Assembly (NCBI GenBank): GCA_032718475.1 | Contig: JAUCBJ010004931.1 | Location: forward strand, 1-64,000 | Reading direction: 5' to 3' | Source: Nemertoderma westbladi | Lineage: Eukaryota > Animalia > Xenacoelomorpha | Length of the DNA stretch: 64,000 nucleotides | Shown here: piece after piece, positions 24,004 through 35,841 of the stretch | Position numbering within the stretch: position 1 is the stretch's first letter | Layout of the letters: every line of letters begins with the position of its first letter | The notes under the pieces: model-generated | Told to the model about the DNA's origin: nothing | What the model saw: only the letters and a program-made list of their open reading frames with translations | The model's database searches: none | Program-made: the position numbers and the translations under genes

Positions 24004-26367
24004 CTAATGATGACCAAATGATGAGTTGGCAGATTCATATATTGTCTCGTTATCCTGTTCCTTTTTGAAGATTGACTGTGAAATATCAACTGGAATTAAA
24101 GGCATATACGGAAACGTTCCTTTAATATCATTCATGACAAATGGTTTGTTACTTATGTTCAAAGCTGGTGTAGGCACATGCATCGCCATTGGCGTTCTGT
24201 GGCCAAATGATGAATTGGCAGTTTCAAATATTGAATGTTTACCCTTTTCCTTTTCGAAGTGCGAATTATTACCTGGTATTGAAGACCTACCGGTACGGAG
24301 AAAGCTTCTTACAAATTTATTCTTCTCAAATATAGGTGGCAAACTATAAATATTGCGAAGTCGTGCCTCTGAAAAATCAGATATATTCTTAAGAAATTTA
24401 AATTTATCAAGAAACTTCAAATAATTCAAGATCCCCATTATTGGAACCCATAGCAATATGCTACAAATAATAATCTTGCCACATGTCATTGCCCATATTG
24501 GGATATTTTCCTTTGGTACCACGCTAATGTGGTCCTTATGATAATGTGGTGTGTACTTATTATACTTAGCATAAATAATATCGTTGTATATTTTATATGC
24601 AACCATCACTGCCAATATAAGTGGGGAAACATATCGCCAAACTATCATATTATATATACTTGGTCTATTTCCAATCATCAACTCAAAATCATCCATTAAC
24701 TTGTTGAATACCCCTGGTGAACCAGATATAGTAACGGCAATCAGTAGAGATATTATTATACATGAATTCGAAAAAATATAATGGTCTCCTATATTTTGGA
24801 GGTATTTTCCATTACTAAGGGTAAAGAGCGAACTAAGAAGCCAGAAAATAACACAAACCATCAGCAATAAATGCCGAGATGATATTTTCAATGTAGATTC
24901 TTGTATAACACAATACACGATCTGCAGATAACCTATCATCACCCCAATACCGGAAAATGCAAGAATTGAGTAATATGCACCTGGCAATATCATGGATAAT
25001 ATTGGTCTCTCTTCCATCACAAACACGTCAGCCATGTGTATAAAGGCATTAGCTTTTCCCCCATCTGTGTCATTCGTATAACTTATTAATAAATCAGTTA
25101 TATTTGTAGAACAAGTTGTATTTCCATTTTCTATTTTTTTTTCGCCACATTGTGTAGATTCATGGAATGCCTTTCTTCCAAGGTTTGCAAATAACGTTAC
25201 AGCCCCCAATATGGACATTATATAGTCTACAAGCGCCACAATCCGAGCATCTCTGTAGAAGTTGTTTGTTCGTGATAGATAACCACTTAGGGAAAGATAG
25301 CCGCAGTCTCCTACAGCAGTACTGGAAATTACGCATGTCAAAGCGGCATACCATGATTCCTTTTTGAAAAAATATTTGGATTCCGATTTAAATAAGTAAT
25401 TCACCCCATCAAGACAGCCTTCTTGTAAGAACGGAATGTTGGTTAGCAATAGTATCACTATCATTATAGACCAGTATGGTACAGTAAATCGAACAATATA
25501 TTTCCACTGATGAACACCACCAAATACACATAAGTAAAGAATAATCCACATAACGGTATTGAATCCGAATATTCTAAAAGCGAAATATGGTGCCTCAATG
25601 CCAGATATATTATTAGATATAGTAAGTGTAGTATGATAATAGAAATATTCACTTTTATTTCCGTCACAACCAATGTCCAAATCATGGACTCGGTACCCAT
25701 TATTTGGTAACTTTTCAGTTTCGTTTATAGGACATTCCGTCCATGCTAATGGATATTGAAATGACATGAACAGGTAATAGAAGCAATGTGTGACACCCAC
25801 ACTATACATTATGTTTATAAAAGAGACTGATGTAACAACAGCAACACCAATTCCAGTTAGATATGGGTTTATCTGGTACCAAGTTACAATTGCATTCCGA
25901 CGAAATCGTTGACCAATACCCATTTCTAATGTTATTAAAGGCAGTGCTATAAGCAAGTAACATAAACTTACTTGAAAGAGAAATGCTATTCCACCGTATT
26001 GGTTCATAAGATTCGGAAAATTTATGAAATTGCCCGTTCCAACTGCGAAAGCGATAGGTAATAATGGGAAAGTCCAATTAGAACTGAATATTTTTCTGGT
26101 AGTTTCTGTATGCGACTCATCCAATACAAACTCGTATGCTCTAAGTTGAATTTGTGCTTTCAGTTCTTTTTTAGATATGGCTGGTTGATATAAAATATCG
26201 TCAAACTCATTAACATATGTGTGAAAACCCCTAGGGTTTTCTCCAACTTTTGGAAGTTGGATTTCATTTGCCGTTTTAACGCTCGATATATCATCATTTA
26301 ATAAGTAAAAGTCTCCAGGGTAATATTCTGATGGTTCCGAATCAATGGTATTCCTTTCTGCTTTCAT
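24004..26367 (-). CDS. SLC6 / sodium:neurotransmitter symporter family transporter (divergent, closest in motif to the B0AT/amino-acid subgroup), single coding exon, 787 aa
   Basis: AFAVGTGNFINFP...YGGIAFL, LEMGIGQRFRR, INPYLTGIG, PLAWTECP with EL2 cysteines and N-glycosylation sequons, about 12 hydrophobic segments, WRYVSPLI. Uninterrupted ORF. Confidence 0.92.
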   Translation of the reverse strand: MKAERNTIDSEPSEYYPGDFYLLNDDISSVKTANEIQLPKVGENPRGFHTYVNEFDDILYQPAISKKELKAQIQLRAYEFVLDESHTETTRKIFSSNWTFPLLPIAFAVGTGNFINFPNLMNQYGGIAFLFQVSLCYLLIALPLITLEMGIGQRFRRNAIVTWYQINPYLTGIGVAVVTSVSFINIMYSVGVTHCFYYLFMSFQYPLAWTECPINETEKLPNNGYRVHDLDIGCDGNKSEYFYYHTTLTISNNISGIEAPYFAFRIFGFNTVMWIILYLCVFGGVHQWKYIVRFTVPYWSIMIVILLLTNIPFLQEGCLDGVNYLFKSESKYFFKKESWYAALTCVISSTAVGDCGYLSLSGYLSRTNNFYRDARIVALVDYIMSILGAVTLFANLGRKAFHESTQCGEKKIENGNTTCSTNITDLLISYTNDTDGGKANAFIHMADVFVMEERPILSMILPGAYYSILAFSGIGVMIGYLQIVYCVIQESTLKISSRHLLLMVCVIFWLLSSLFTLSNGKYLQNIGDHYIFSNSCIIISLLIAVTISGSPGVFNKLMDDFELMIGNRPSIYNMIVWRYVSPLILAVMVAYKIYNDIIYAKYNKYTPHYHKDHISVVPKENIPIWAMTCGKIIICSILLWVPIMGILNYLKFLDKFKFLKNISDFSEARLRNIYSLPPIFEKNKFVRSFLRTGRSSIPGNNSHFEKEKGKHSIFETANSSFGHRTPMAMHVPTPALNISNKPFVMNDIKGTFPYMPLIPVDISQSIFKKEQDNETIYESANSSFGHH

Positions 26368-26461
26368 AATGACGATACTGGCAACCTGCCAACAGTTTTG
26401 TATTACTTTGTTTTGCTATATCTTAAAACTAGAAAAATAAAAAAAATTATACTAAAAAATT

Positions 26462-27900
26462 ACTAGCAACATCAACTACTATTACTTACACTACAACTAG
26501 TACTATAATCGGTCTACCGCATTGCAGCTGTAGATTGAGATGCTGTGCTTGATTAATAAAATATTTGTACCACCACAGCAATCCGAAATTCCCATGCTGT
26601 AATACAGTATGGTGAATGCAATGTCCTGTGGGGTGGAGGTGGCTTTGTTTGACTTGGCAAATTTGGGGGGACCATTTTCCACCATGCCTAATTTTCTCCT
26701 GAAGCTCCTGAGATTGTGCACAGGCAGTTCGTCATGGTTGATGCAATGTCCTGTGGGGTGGAGGTGGCTTTGTTTGACTTGGCAAATTTGTGGGGACCAA
26801 TGAGTCATCTCCAATGCAGTATAGTGTCTGGTGGGAGATGTGTGCATTGTACTTGACATAGTATTCCTGTTTATGTGGTATAGTATTCCTATTCCTGTTG
26901 ATGTGCTATCATGAGATTTAGTGTCCTCATTGGATAGAGCCCCGCATGCATGGACTCCCACATTATGAGTACTGGTGCTTCTGATCCTCTAAATAATCAA
27001 ACCTTAAGTTTCTAATGTATTCTATATGACTTCCAAATCCTGGACAGGATTTGCTGCCCATGCCTTCCCTTACAGATTCGAAGGTCCTCCCTCACCTGAC
27101 TTCCAGATCCATGATCCGTGATCAGCAATGTCTAGATCAGTTAGATGCTTGGCTGGTCTGATGCCAGTAGGTGGCGTTATAATCACCTCATCTTCATTAT
27201 GATGATCTAAGGACATGCATATAAAATAGTCAACCACAATTATGAATAATAATGGTGCAAGTGTGTCAACCTGTGGACTCTCCTTAAAACTTAGAATGGA
27301 TCTGTATCTCCACCAATGCAATGGCAGACACAAAAGACATTTAACCATTGTAAAATGAGCTTATTGCTGCAATAATTTCCTCAGGGATCCCTATCAATGC
27401 AAGTATGCTAAACATATATGACTGAGAGACTTAATCAAAGGGCTTGAAAAAGTTAACAAATATAACAGCCATATGTATCTTTCTTTTTTGATAACTCTTA
27501 AATTATGTATCTTCAACTAGTTATCCAATTATCCAACAACCTTTACAGAACCCATTCTAATTTCCAAGTAGAAGTCTCTCAATGGGATACATGATGCGAT
27601 TTAATCGATTTCTATTATAGGCCTATATAGTTTTGCAGCAATCGAGATCAACGAGATTCCACGAAAAGATCCTTAGTAGAGTGTTAGTACCTTCTTGGTA
27701 AATGGTACCAAATTATTTGTCAGTAAGTTGATCGATTTATAAGCCTGGGATGATTCCCTGCTGTTATCATCATCATTGATGGCATAAAGCGCCTGAAGAT
27801 TATTAGAGTACAGCCTATTCAAGGGACCTAGATGAAGCCTTAACTGCATTCTTGACTCCTGTAATCCATATGAGCCAGAACTTTCTCTGTGCTCTAGAGA
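26462..27900 (-). mobile_element. Highly decayed copy of the same RTE family as 20685-22932
   Basis: Reverse complement matches the first copy (LAPLLFIIVVDY..MSLDHHNED, GSWIWKSGE, 3' end CAGCTGCAATGC...TAGT tail); many deletions. Confidence 0.8.
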
Positions 27901-29557
27901 GATCCTCACAGTACTACCATTTGTGTGCGGTAATTCCCTGGCCTCTAGTGGCTAGACCTCCGTATTATTGATATGTGCCATGGTGAGATTGGGGCTTGCC
28001 GAATCATCTCTCGGGGTAAATACCACACTCTGGTTTGCCACTCACAGGGTGGGTGTCGCAATACCTTCAGATATTGGGTCTATCACCCTTACCTACTCTC
28101 TCAAGCACATGAGCTATAATACTATACAGATTATCTGCTGGACCATGTCCTACGCCCTTGCTCTCAGGTGCAGGTCGCAGTGGAAATTAGAAATGAGAGA
28201 GCACAATTATTACAGTTTTCTGGGTCAATGACCTGATCATAGTAGACCTGACTGGTTGTAAAAGTTGGTTGTAAAAGTTAAATGTTTTTCTATAGCTAAG
28301 AAGATTATAGCTAAGAAGCTTCTTCACAAAGAAACCCAATTGTTCGCTGTTCTGGTTTTTAATTGCTATTATAATTTACTCCTTCCCCAGCTTTCCCGTT
28401 TACGATTAAAATTCGATGAAACTAATTCTAAAATAATTAAAAAAAACATATTTTTAATGTATATTCTAGAACATTTATCAATAAGGAAAATAGTAGTAAA
28501 TTTTATATTATTTTTAAAAATGTTCTTTCACATAAAATATTTGTTCTAGAATAATTTATATTTCTTTAAATTAGCTAACATGTTCTAGAATATTTCCGAA
28601 AAGAAATAGCAAAAACTTGCATGTACTGTATATATCTTGTGAGGCGGTGATACCTATAGTTTAAAATAAAATGAAACCATAATCTATAAAATCTTAAAAG
28701 TAGCTAGATTTTGCTACTTTTTTATAATTAGAATGTGTATGTAAATGATATAAGATAGAAATAAGCTCAATAGAGCATGTAATAAGAAGAAATTTAAAAA
28801 ATACGTTAAATTTTCGTGTAGCCCGTGTTTTCGGTGGCAGTTAGTGTTTTTTTTCTTAACGCTATAAAAAACAATTTTGTATAAATTACATTATATTTTG
28901 AATAGGGAAGAATAAGTAGCAAATTAGTAATGTTCCAGAATAATTTAATTAATTGCAACAATTATGCTGTAATTCAATGGGGAATCATAAAATTGACACT
29001 GGCTTATATCAGACATAAATTGTTATATCTCGGTATCTACAAACTTTAAGTCGCATCCAATTTTTAAACATTTCAAAAATTTCAAAATACAGAATATAAA
29101 GGTAATTGATGTAAAAAAATTATACAATTCTACTTCAAGGAAATTTCATAAATTCATTAATTTCCAATAATGTTAGGGAAGATTTTTCGCATAATAAAAG
29201 GCCTGCTGAATTGATTTTAGGTGTAATTTATTTATTTGTTTTAGTTTAAAAACCACAATAGTTTATAATATAACAAATCAAATTTTGGGGATAAGGGTTT
29301 TTTTAGGTCGACAAATTCGATGGGCGAGATTACACATGCACCCGTTCAGTAGATAAGTTGTGTAAATAGGCTTCCTATATTGCACTAGCTAAATTGGTAT
29401 TAAGGGGGGGGGGGGGGGGGGGGGGTAGGGGGTAGCCGGCTGGTACCATAGGCCTATGGTCTGTTCTGTTTTCAGTTCATAGGCCACCTGCTCTAAACAG
29501 TCATCCACATTAGAAGATAATATTTATATATCTGCTGATAGCTGTTATTACAGTATT

Positions 29558-30640
29558 ATGCCTAGAGTTTACAAGAGAGTGAGGGGTGCAAGGCCTAATC
29601 GAACTAATTACACGGAAGAAAATTTGCTTGCAGCTATTAGTAGTGTCCAGAAAGGCGAATCAACTCTTTCAAAGTTCTTCAAGGTTCCACGTGAGCAACA
29701 CTCCATGATAAACTTAAAAAAACACACCCTTAAACAAGGTGGGCAGGCAGCCTGTCCTAAACATGGTTGAAGAGCAAATCTAAGTTAAAATCATTGGTGT
29801 ATTGGTTGAATGTAAATGCCCTGTTGATAACGTTGATCTGTGCTTGCTGGTCCAAAGTTACTTAAATCGCAAAGGAGTTGTTGCAAGGTCCTTTAACAAG
29901 AACACGCCAGGGCTTGATTGGATAAACAGTTTCAAACTCATGCACAATTTAACATCTCGTTCAGCGGAAAATGTGAAACCCAGCCGTGCCGAAATAACCT
30001 CTGAGTCTGTTACAAATTACTTTGATAATTTGGAAAACGCCATTTCCCCTGGAACAGCCCAATGTAATATATTCAATTACGATGAGACAAATTTCACCGA
30101 CAACCCTGGTAGTAAAAAAGTAATTTGTCGGCGTGGGCGTAACCGTATAAAAATAAAAATTGATAACTCTAAAGCAGCTACAAGTGTGATGTTTTGTGCA
30201 AGTGCTAACGGCAACTTCGTGCCCCCAATGGTAGTATATAAAGCGCAAAACTGTTATTCTGAGTGAACCAAAAACGGACCTAGTGGGACTCTTTATGATA
30301 GCACGTTGAGTGGATGGTTGGACATGGTTACATTCGAACGATGGTTCTTTGAAGTATTTCTTCCCTATGCCATGAAATATCGTTCCCCTGATACCGGTAA
30401 ACCTGTTTTTTTAATTGGGGATAACCTCTCATCTCACCAATCAATTACTGTGATAGAAAAATGCCTAGAAGTTAACATCTGATTCATTTTTGTTTTGCCA
30501 AATTCTACTCACATCCTACAACCTTTAGATGTCGCAGTCTTTCGGCCATGTAAGGTTATCTGGAGGAACATTTTGAACAACTGGCGGAAAGAAACTAGGG
30601 TCAAAGGAGGGATTCCGAAGAACACATTCCCAGCCCTTCT
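29558..30640 (+). pseudogene. pogo/Fot1-like Tc1-mariner superfamily transposase (psq HTH, CENP-B HTH, DDE_1), degenerate
   Basis: MPRVYKR...YTEENLLAAI; IFNYDETNF; LIGDNLSSH; LPNSTHILQPLDVAVFRPCK. Stops and frameshifts present. Confidence 0.88.
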
Positions 30641-30829
30641 TTAGAGTGTGCATCAAATTGGAAGAGAAAGACGAGAATTCTTATTAGAGACTTAATAAAT
30701 GCAATATCCTACTTATGCAATGTTCTACTTATTCAATAGGTTATTTAGAGACTTAATTAGAGAGTTTTCTAGAGATGCAATGTGCTACAAAACGTATTCG
30801 TATTCTATAGGTTAGTATTCTAGGGTGCT

Positions 30830-31620
30830 TCTCTGGAGTACGGAAGGTTGAAGCGTCTTGCAATATATTTTCCTTGTAGGTAGGATTGAACTCGATGTTT
30901 GGAGGCTGCACTTATACTTTTACTTTAGGCCTACACTACTGTAATAATGCTGCTAGTACGTAATGGTATTGGGTTCTGGATGTCCAAGCTGCTAAACTTT
31001 CTCAACTTTGTTGATGTTTTCGTCTGTTGGTTGTTCAGTTTTTACTTTGTAGTATATTTTAAGATCTTCTCTCGAGCTTCCTATATTGCATTATCAGTTC
31101 TAAATTTCTACCAGTCATAGTTGATTCGCTTAAATTAGCTTAAGTTGAATGTCCACAGCTTCCCCTTACTCTTTTCGAATGCGGTGTTTGTTAGTATCAC
31201 TTCACATTTTTTCCTATTATATGAGAGTAAGCACCCATTTCTGTTATGCAGAAATGGGTGCATACTCTTATACCCATTTCTTCTGATTGCATTCAGATCA
31301 CAAGCAATGACTTTAACAATTCGTTTCGGAATGACTTTATAAGTCCAGTCAGATCTTCTAGTCCTTGACGACTGCTTGTTCTGGCTCTAATACATTGTTT
31401 GGACTGTAGCAACACATTGCTGTTGTCTTGTGATTCCTATCAAAAATGTTGTGGGGTAATTATGAGTTTTTGATCCTGGAATTTTTATATTTGATGGGGT
31501 TTAGTGTCAGAAGTGCAAATGGACTTGGCAGAATTCCTACTCCACCAATTGATACATTGACGGAATTGCTTTCTGCTGAATTTGCAGAACTGGGAATGGA
31601 TGGACGGTACAAACGATCAT
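30830..31620 (-). mobile_element. Old deleted RTE fragments including the AP-endonuclease region
   Basis: Nucleotide similarity to 33450-34240; peptide SAESNSVNVSIGGVGIL. Confidence 0.65.
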
Positions 31621-31917
31621 CTGTGTTGAATTACTGGGAGCAAACCTTGGGATAGGAGTACTGTAGCACCCACCCCTACCTTCGGGTAGCAGCTATTGAA
31701 GAGGGAGACTGAGACAGGAAAGGGGGGAAACTTGATGCAAATCCCACCTAGCCTAGGCTAATTACTATTTCGTCTCAATATGTTAAATTTCCAATTTAGG
31801 GAAAGAAGCAGGTTACAGTAGCATGTTATTCTTACCAAAACAATAAGCGAAAGTCATAGGAAATGATATAGTTTTACTTTTGGGAGTAAGGAGTTGTTAT
31901 TTGTGTCGATTCTTCCC

Positions 31918-34240
31918 TACTACTACTAGGTCGAGCGAACAAGGACAGTGGAAATGAGATCCTCCCAGGCTTCCCGATTCTCCATAGTTGTCGCAATTTC
32001 GTTTCTCCCAAGTTCAGTACCCCTTTCAAGTTGATCTATATAAGTTATGGCCGGTCCTCCACGACTACGCTTTCCATGAGTTGGTTGCCAGAGAAGTAGA
32101 TCTGGTATGACCTCGTCTTTACTTCGCCAGCAGTGCCCACTGAATCTTAATCTGCGTTCACGGAGGGTGGTTGATACAGGTGGTATTGTACCATACAGCT
32201 CGGCGTTTGTCATGTGTTGTCTCCAGCTGATGTTTAGGGCTGCCCTTAGTAGTCTTTTGTAGCAACCATCAATTCGTTGTTCAAGTGATTTAGTCAGTGT
32301 CCAGGTCTCACCCCCGTATAAAAATACACTTTCCACTGTGGCTCGAAAGAACTTAGTCTTCAGGTGCCTGGAGAGATCTGATTTCCAGATGGTATCCATT
32401 TTTGATAGCGCTACCCAAGCCTTTGCTTTCCTAACTTCTATGTCCTTTTTGCTACTCTCTATCCATGATCCAAGGTACTGGAAGTCATCGACCTTCCTTA
32501 GTTGATTATTATCAATGGTTGTCAAGTTTCCATGAACATTAAAGGTCATGAATTCGGTCTTCGTAACATTTATATGCAATCCAACCTCCTTAGCAGCCAT
32601 CTCCACTTTATTTAGTAGAAGCTGTGCATCTGCTAACGTATTAGAGAGCAGGGCGATGTCATCCACAAAGTCGGTGTCTGTGATTGTAATTGCCGGATAT
32701 CTACTACTTCTGCGTTCTTGAAGTGTGAATCCCAGATCTTCACCCTTTGTGGCCGTCATCATTGCGTAATCAAGCACAATTACAAATAGTAATGGTGATA
32801 AATGTGTCGCCTTGCAGTACGCCAGCCAGGATTGAGAAAAACTCAGTTTCACCATCTGGTGAGAGTACCTGCACTTCTGTGTCACAATATAACAATTACT
32901 TCTGGTATTCCATAAGCTCTTAGGATTTCAAGCATTTTACCTCTATGGATGGAGACGAATGCCTTCTTGAAGTCCACAAAAGTCATGACTGCGGTGAGAT
33001 TCTTTGACTTAATTCAATCAATCAGTCTCCTCCTTAACTCAATCAGTCTCCGTAGTGCAAGTATCTGAGCTATTGTTGATCTACTTGGTCGAAATCCGTT
33101 TTGGCTCTTACGTAGTAGTTTCTCTATGTGAAGCCTAATCCTATATAGAATCATTTTATTGTATATTTTGGCAGCTACCACAAGCAGACAGATCTCACGA
33201 TAGTTTGTTGGTATGCCGAGGTCTCCTTTCTTGGGGAGAGGCTTTAGTTGACCTTTAGTCCAAATTGGTGGTGGTTTTTCCACCTTTTAACATCCAGTTG
33301 CAAACATTCAATAATGGTCTGTTTAGCACTCCGGTTTTCCATACCTCCGCTGGGATTTCATCTAATCCTCTCGCTTTATTATTGGACATGCTTTTTAATG
33401 CTTCTTTAGAGTTCGGCAGGTGTGAAGTCCCCTGTTTCTATAGGTAGTGTCTTGTCATATATTTTCCTTGTAGGGCTGACCTCGATGTTTGGTGGCTGCC
33501 CAAGCAAGTTGCTGTAGTGATTTTTCCACTTCCCAACGCGTTCTGCAGGACTATCGGCTTTGAGGCGCCCCTTTGCACAACTTTTCCGACCAGATACCTC
33601 ATTTACAGTTTGACAGGTAAGTCTTGATTGTTTCTGTATGTGAGCAGTTGTAATTGCTTCAGTTTTATCCTGTATGTTATTTCCCTGGCTGATGTTGTAG
33701 GCCAATTTAAGATCGTCCTTAGCTTTCTCAACCTTGTTAATATTTTCGATTGTTGGTTGTTCGGTTTTAACTTTGTAGGCTATCTTAAGATCTTCTCTCT
33801 TACAATTAACCTCAGAGTTTTGCCATGGCACATACTGTTTTCGTTTGGGTTTCTGGGGGATATGCCTCTTAGCTGATTCCTTGTGGGCTGTTATTATATT
33901 CTGGTATATTGAATTGGTGGATTGGTCTTCATCCATTGACTGAAGTGCTTCAAAGCGGTTTTGAACTTCTACTGTATAAGCATCCTCTTTACAACATTGT
34001 CAGTTCTGAGTTTCTCCCAGTCATATTTCATTTGCTTGCTTGTCCTGGGTTTGCTGTCTCTCAAACTGAGCCTGATCTCTGCAGTCACAATTCTGTGGTC
34101 CGAACCAATTAGGTTGAACGAGCTGTATGGCTGGCAGTTGATCATGCTGTTTCTCCACTTTTTGTTTATAAGGATGTAATCCAGCTGTGCTTTGGTTCCA
34201 TTAGGGTATTGAAAGGTCCATAGCTTCCCCTTACTCTTCT
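31918..34240 (-). mobile_element. 5'-truncated RTE-type LINE with frameshifted RT
   Basis: ORF pieces 33406-33936, 33014-33283 and 31926-32885 are nearly identical to the 35848-37851 ORF; (TAG)n tail at 31918-31928. Confidence 0.9.
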
Positions 34241-34571
34241 CTAGAGAGAGATTAATTTCGATTCCTAGAACTTTTAACTTGAACTTTAACTTTTAAATTA
34301 AATATCATGCACAAAATATAAAGAAAGTATATATATTTCAGATATGAAGTTTACATCCAATGGATACTGCAGCAGTCAATACTATAAGAAGAGTATGCTC
34401 ACAAGTATTATTTTGGAGAGCGGCTGAAGACAATAATATACAGCCGCCACTAGATGTTGACGCAGCAATTTCTAAATTGGGCTTTAAATTTTTATTGCAT
34501 GTGTGCGAATAAGGACTGTCATGACGTGTAAATAAATATATTATTATGAAAAATTAAACAGGATACGAATA

Positions 34572-34800
34572 TGTTACAAAATGTGACGGGATCTCAGTTG
34601 GCACGAGATCCCGACCGGTTGACTTGGTGGTGGTTGTTCCTACACGCACGCTGGCTGACTGATGGATGGACTGACTTGGCCGTAGGTGGTGAATAAAGAG
34701 TTTGTCTGTTGAACTTTGCTGTTGTTAATCGATTGACTATAGACTGATGAATAGTTACCGGTAGTGGCAACAGCACAGCGTAGCGGCGGAAACTATTTCA
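34572..34800 (+). mobile_element. Possible solo LTR
   Basis: TG...CA ends, internal AATAAA near 34692 and terminal hairpins; no TSD found. Confidence 0.25.
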
Positions 34801-35419
34801 CCTCTACTATAATGAGTAAAATGCCAACTGGTTGGAATACACGTAACCGTTAATATATTTAAAGGGAAAAATACAGCCTAATAAATAGGCTGACGCATTG
34901 TTGGCCTCCAACCGATACTCATTGCCATCTGCTGGCCTCCCATTGGCTACTTACCACCCCATGGATCTACCTCCCTTAGACCTTGGGTTAGCCTCTAGCC
35001 ACTGAGGTGGATTGTTCGCCCTGTTGGGTACCTTGATAGCCAACGTGGTAAATTGCCCCCCCCCCCCCCCCCCATTTTGTGGTTGGAATGCATAGCGGAG
35101 TGGATCCGCTAACACAAAATTTGTAACTCCTAACTGCAACCATAATACTTATTCCTTAAAATTTTAGTTTCTCCTGCTTAGTTTATTCTTATTCATGAAT
35201 GACCATAGTCTCAATAGGTAAATATACCCATGCAGGTTAACTTATTATTGTTGCTATGTAAAACATCTGTCGTTAAGATAAATAGTGTTCTAGAAAAAAT
35301 GCTCAGTGTGGAGTATGTGAAATATAATATAATTTCAAATGGCTTATACAAGTTAACACTTTCAGCAAAAAACTGCAGTCATACCCAATTTGAACGGTGG
35401 TCGCCACTGTCTACTTGAC

Positions 35420-35841
35420 TATAAATTCTTATAGGTTTTTAATGCAATGATATACTTAAATTCTTATAGGTTTTTATTGCAATGTTATACTTATTCTTTG
35501 AGGTTTTTAATGCTGCAATGTTATACTTAAATTCTTATAGATTTTTAATGCAATGTTATACTTATTCTTATAGGTTTTTAATGCAATGTTATACTTATTC
35601 TTATAGGTTTTTAATGCAATATTATACTTATTCTTATAGGTTTTTAATGCTGCAATGTTATACTTAAATTCTTATAGGTTTTTAATGCAATGTTATACTT
35701 ATTCTTATAGGTTTTTAATGCAATGTTATACTTATTCTTATAGGTTTTTAATGCAATGTTATACTTATTCTTAGAGATTTTTAATGCAATGTTATACTTA
35801 ATTTCTTAATGGTTTTTAATGCAATGTTATACTTATTATTA
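35420..35841. repeat. 33-bp minisatellite TTATTCTTATAGGTTTTTAATGCAATGTTATAC, left block
   Basis: Tandem units visible; decayed units also at 30680-30820. Confidence 0.93.

Noticed and set aside
34740-34800. Hammerhead ribozyme (CTGATGA...GAAA)
   Set aside because: The GAAA lies inside the predicted stem and I could not build stems I and III.
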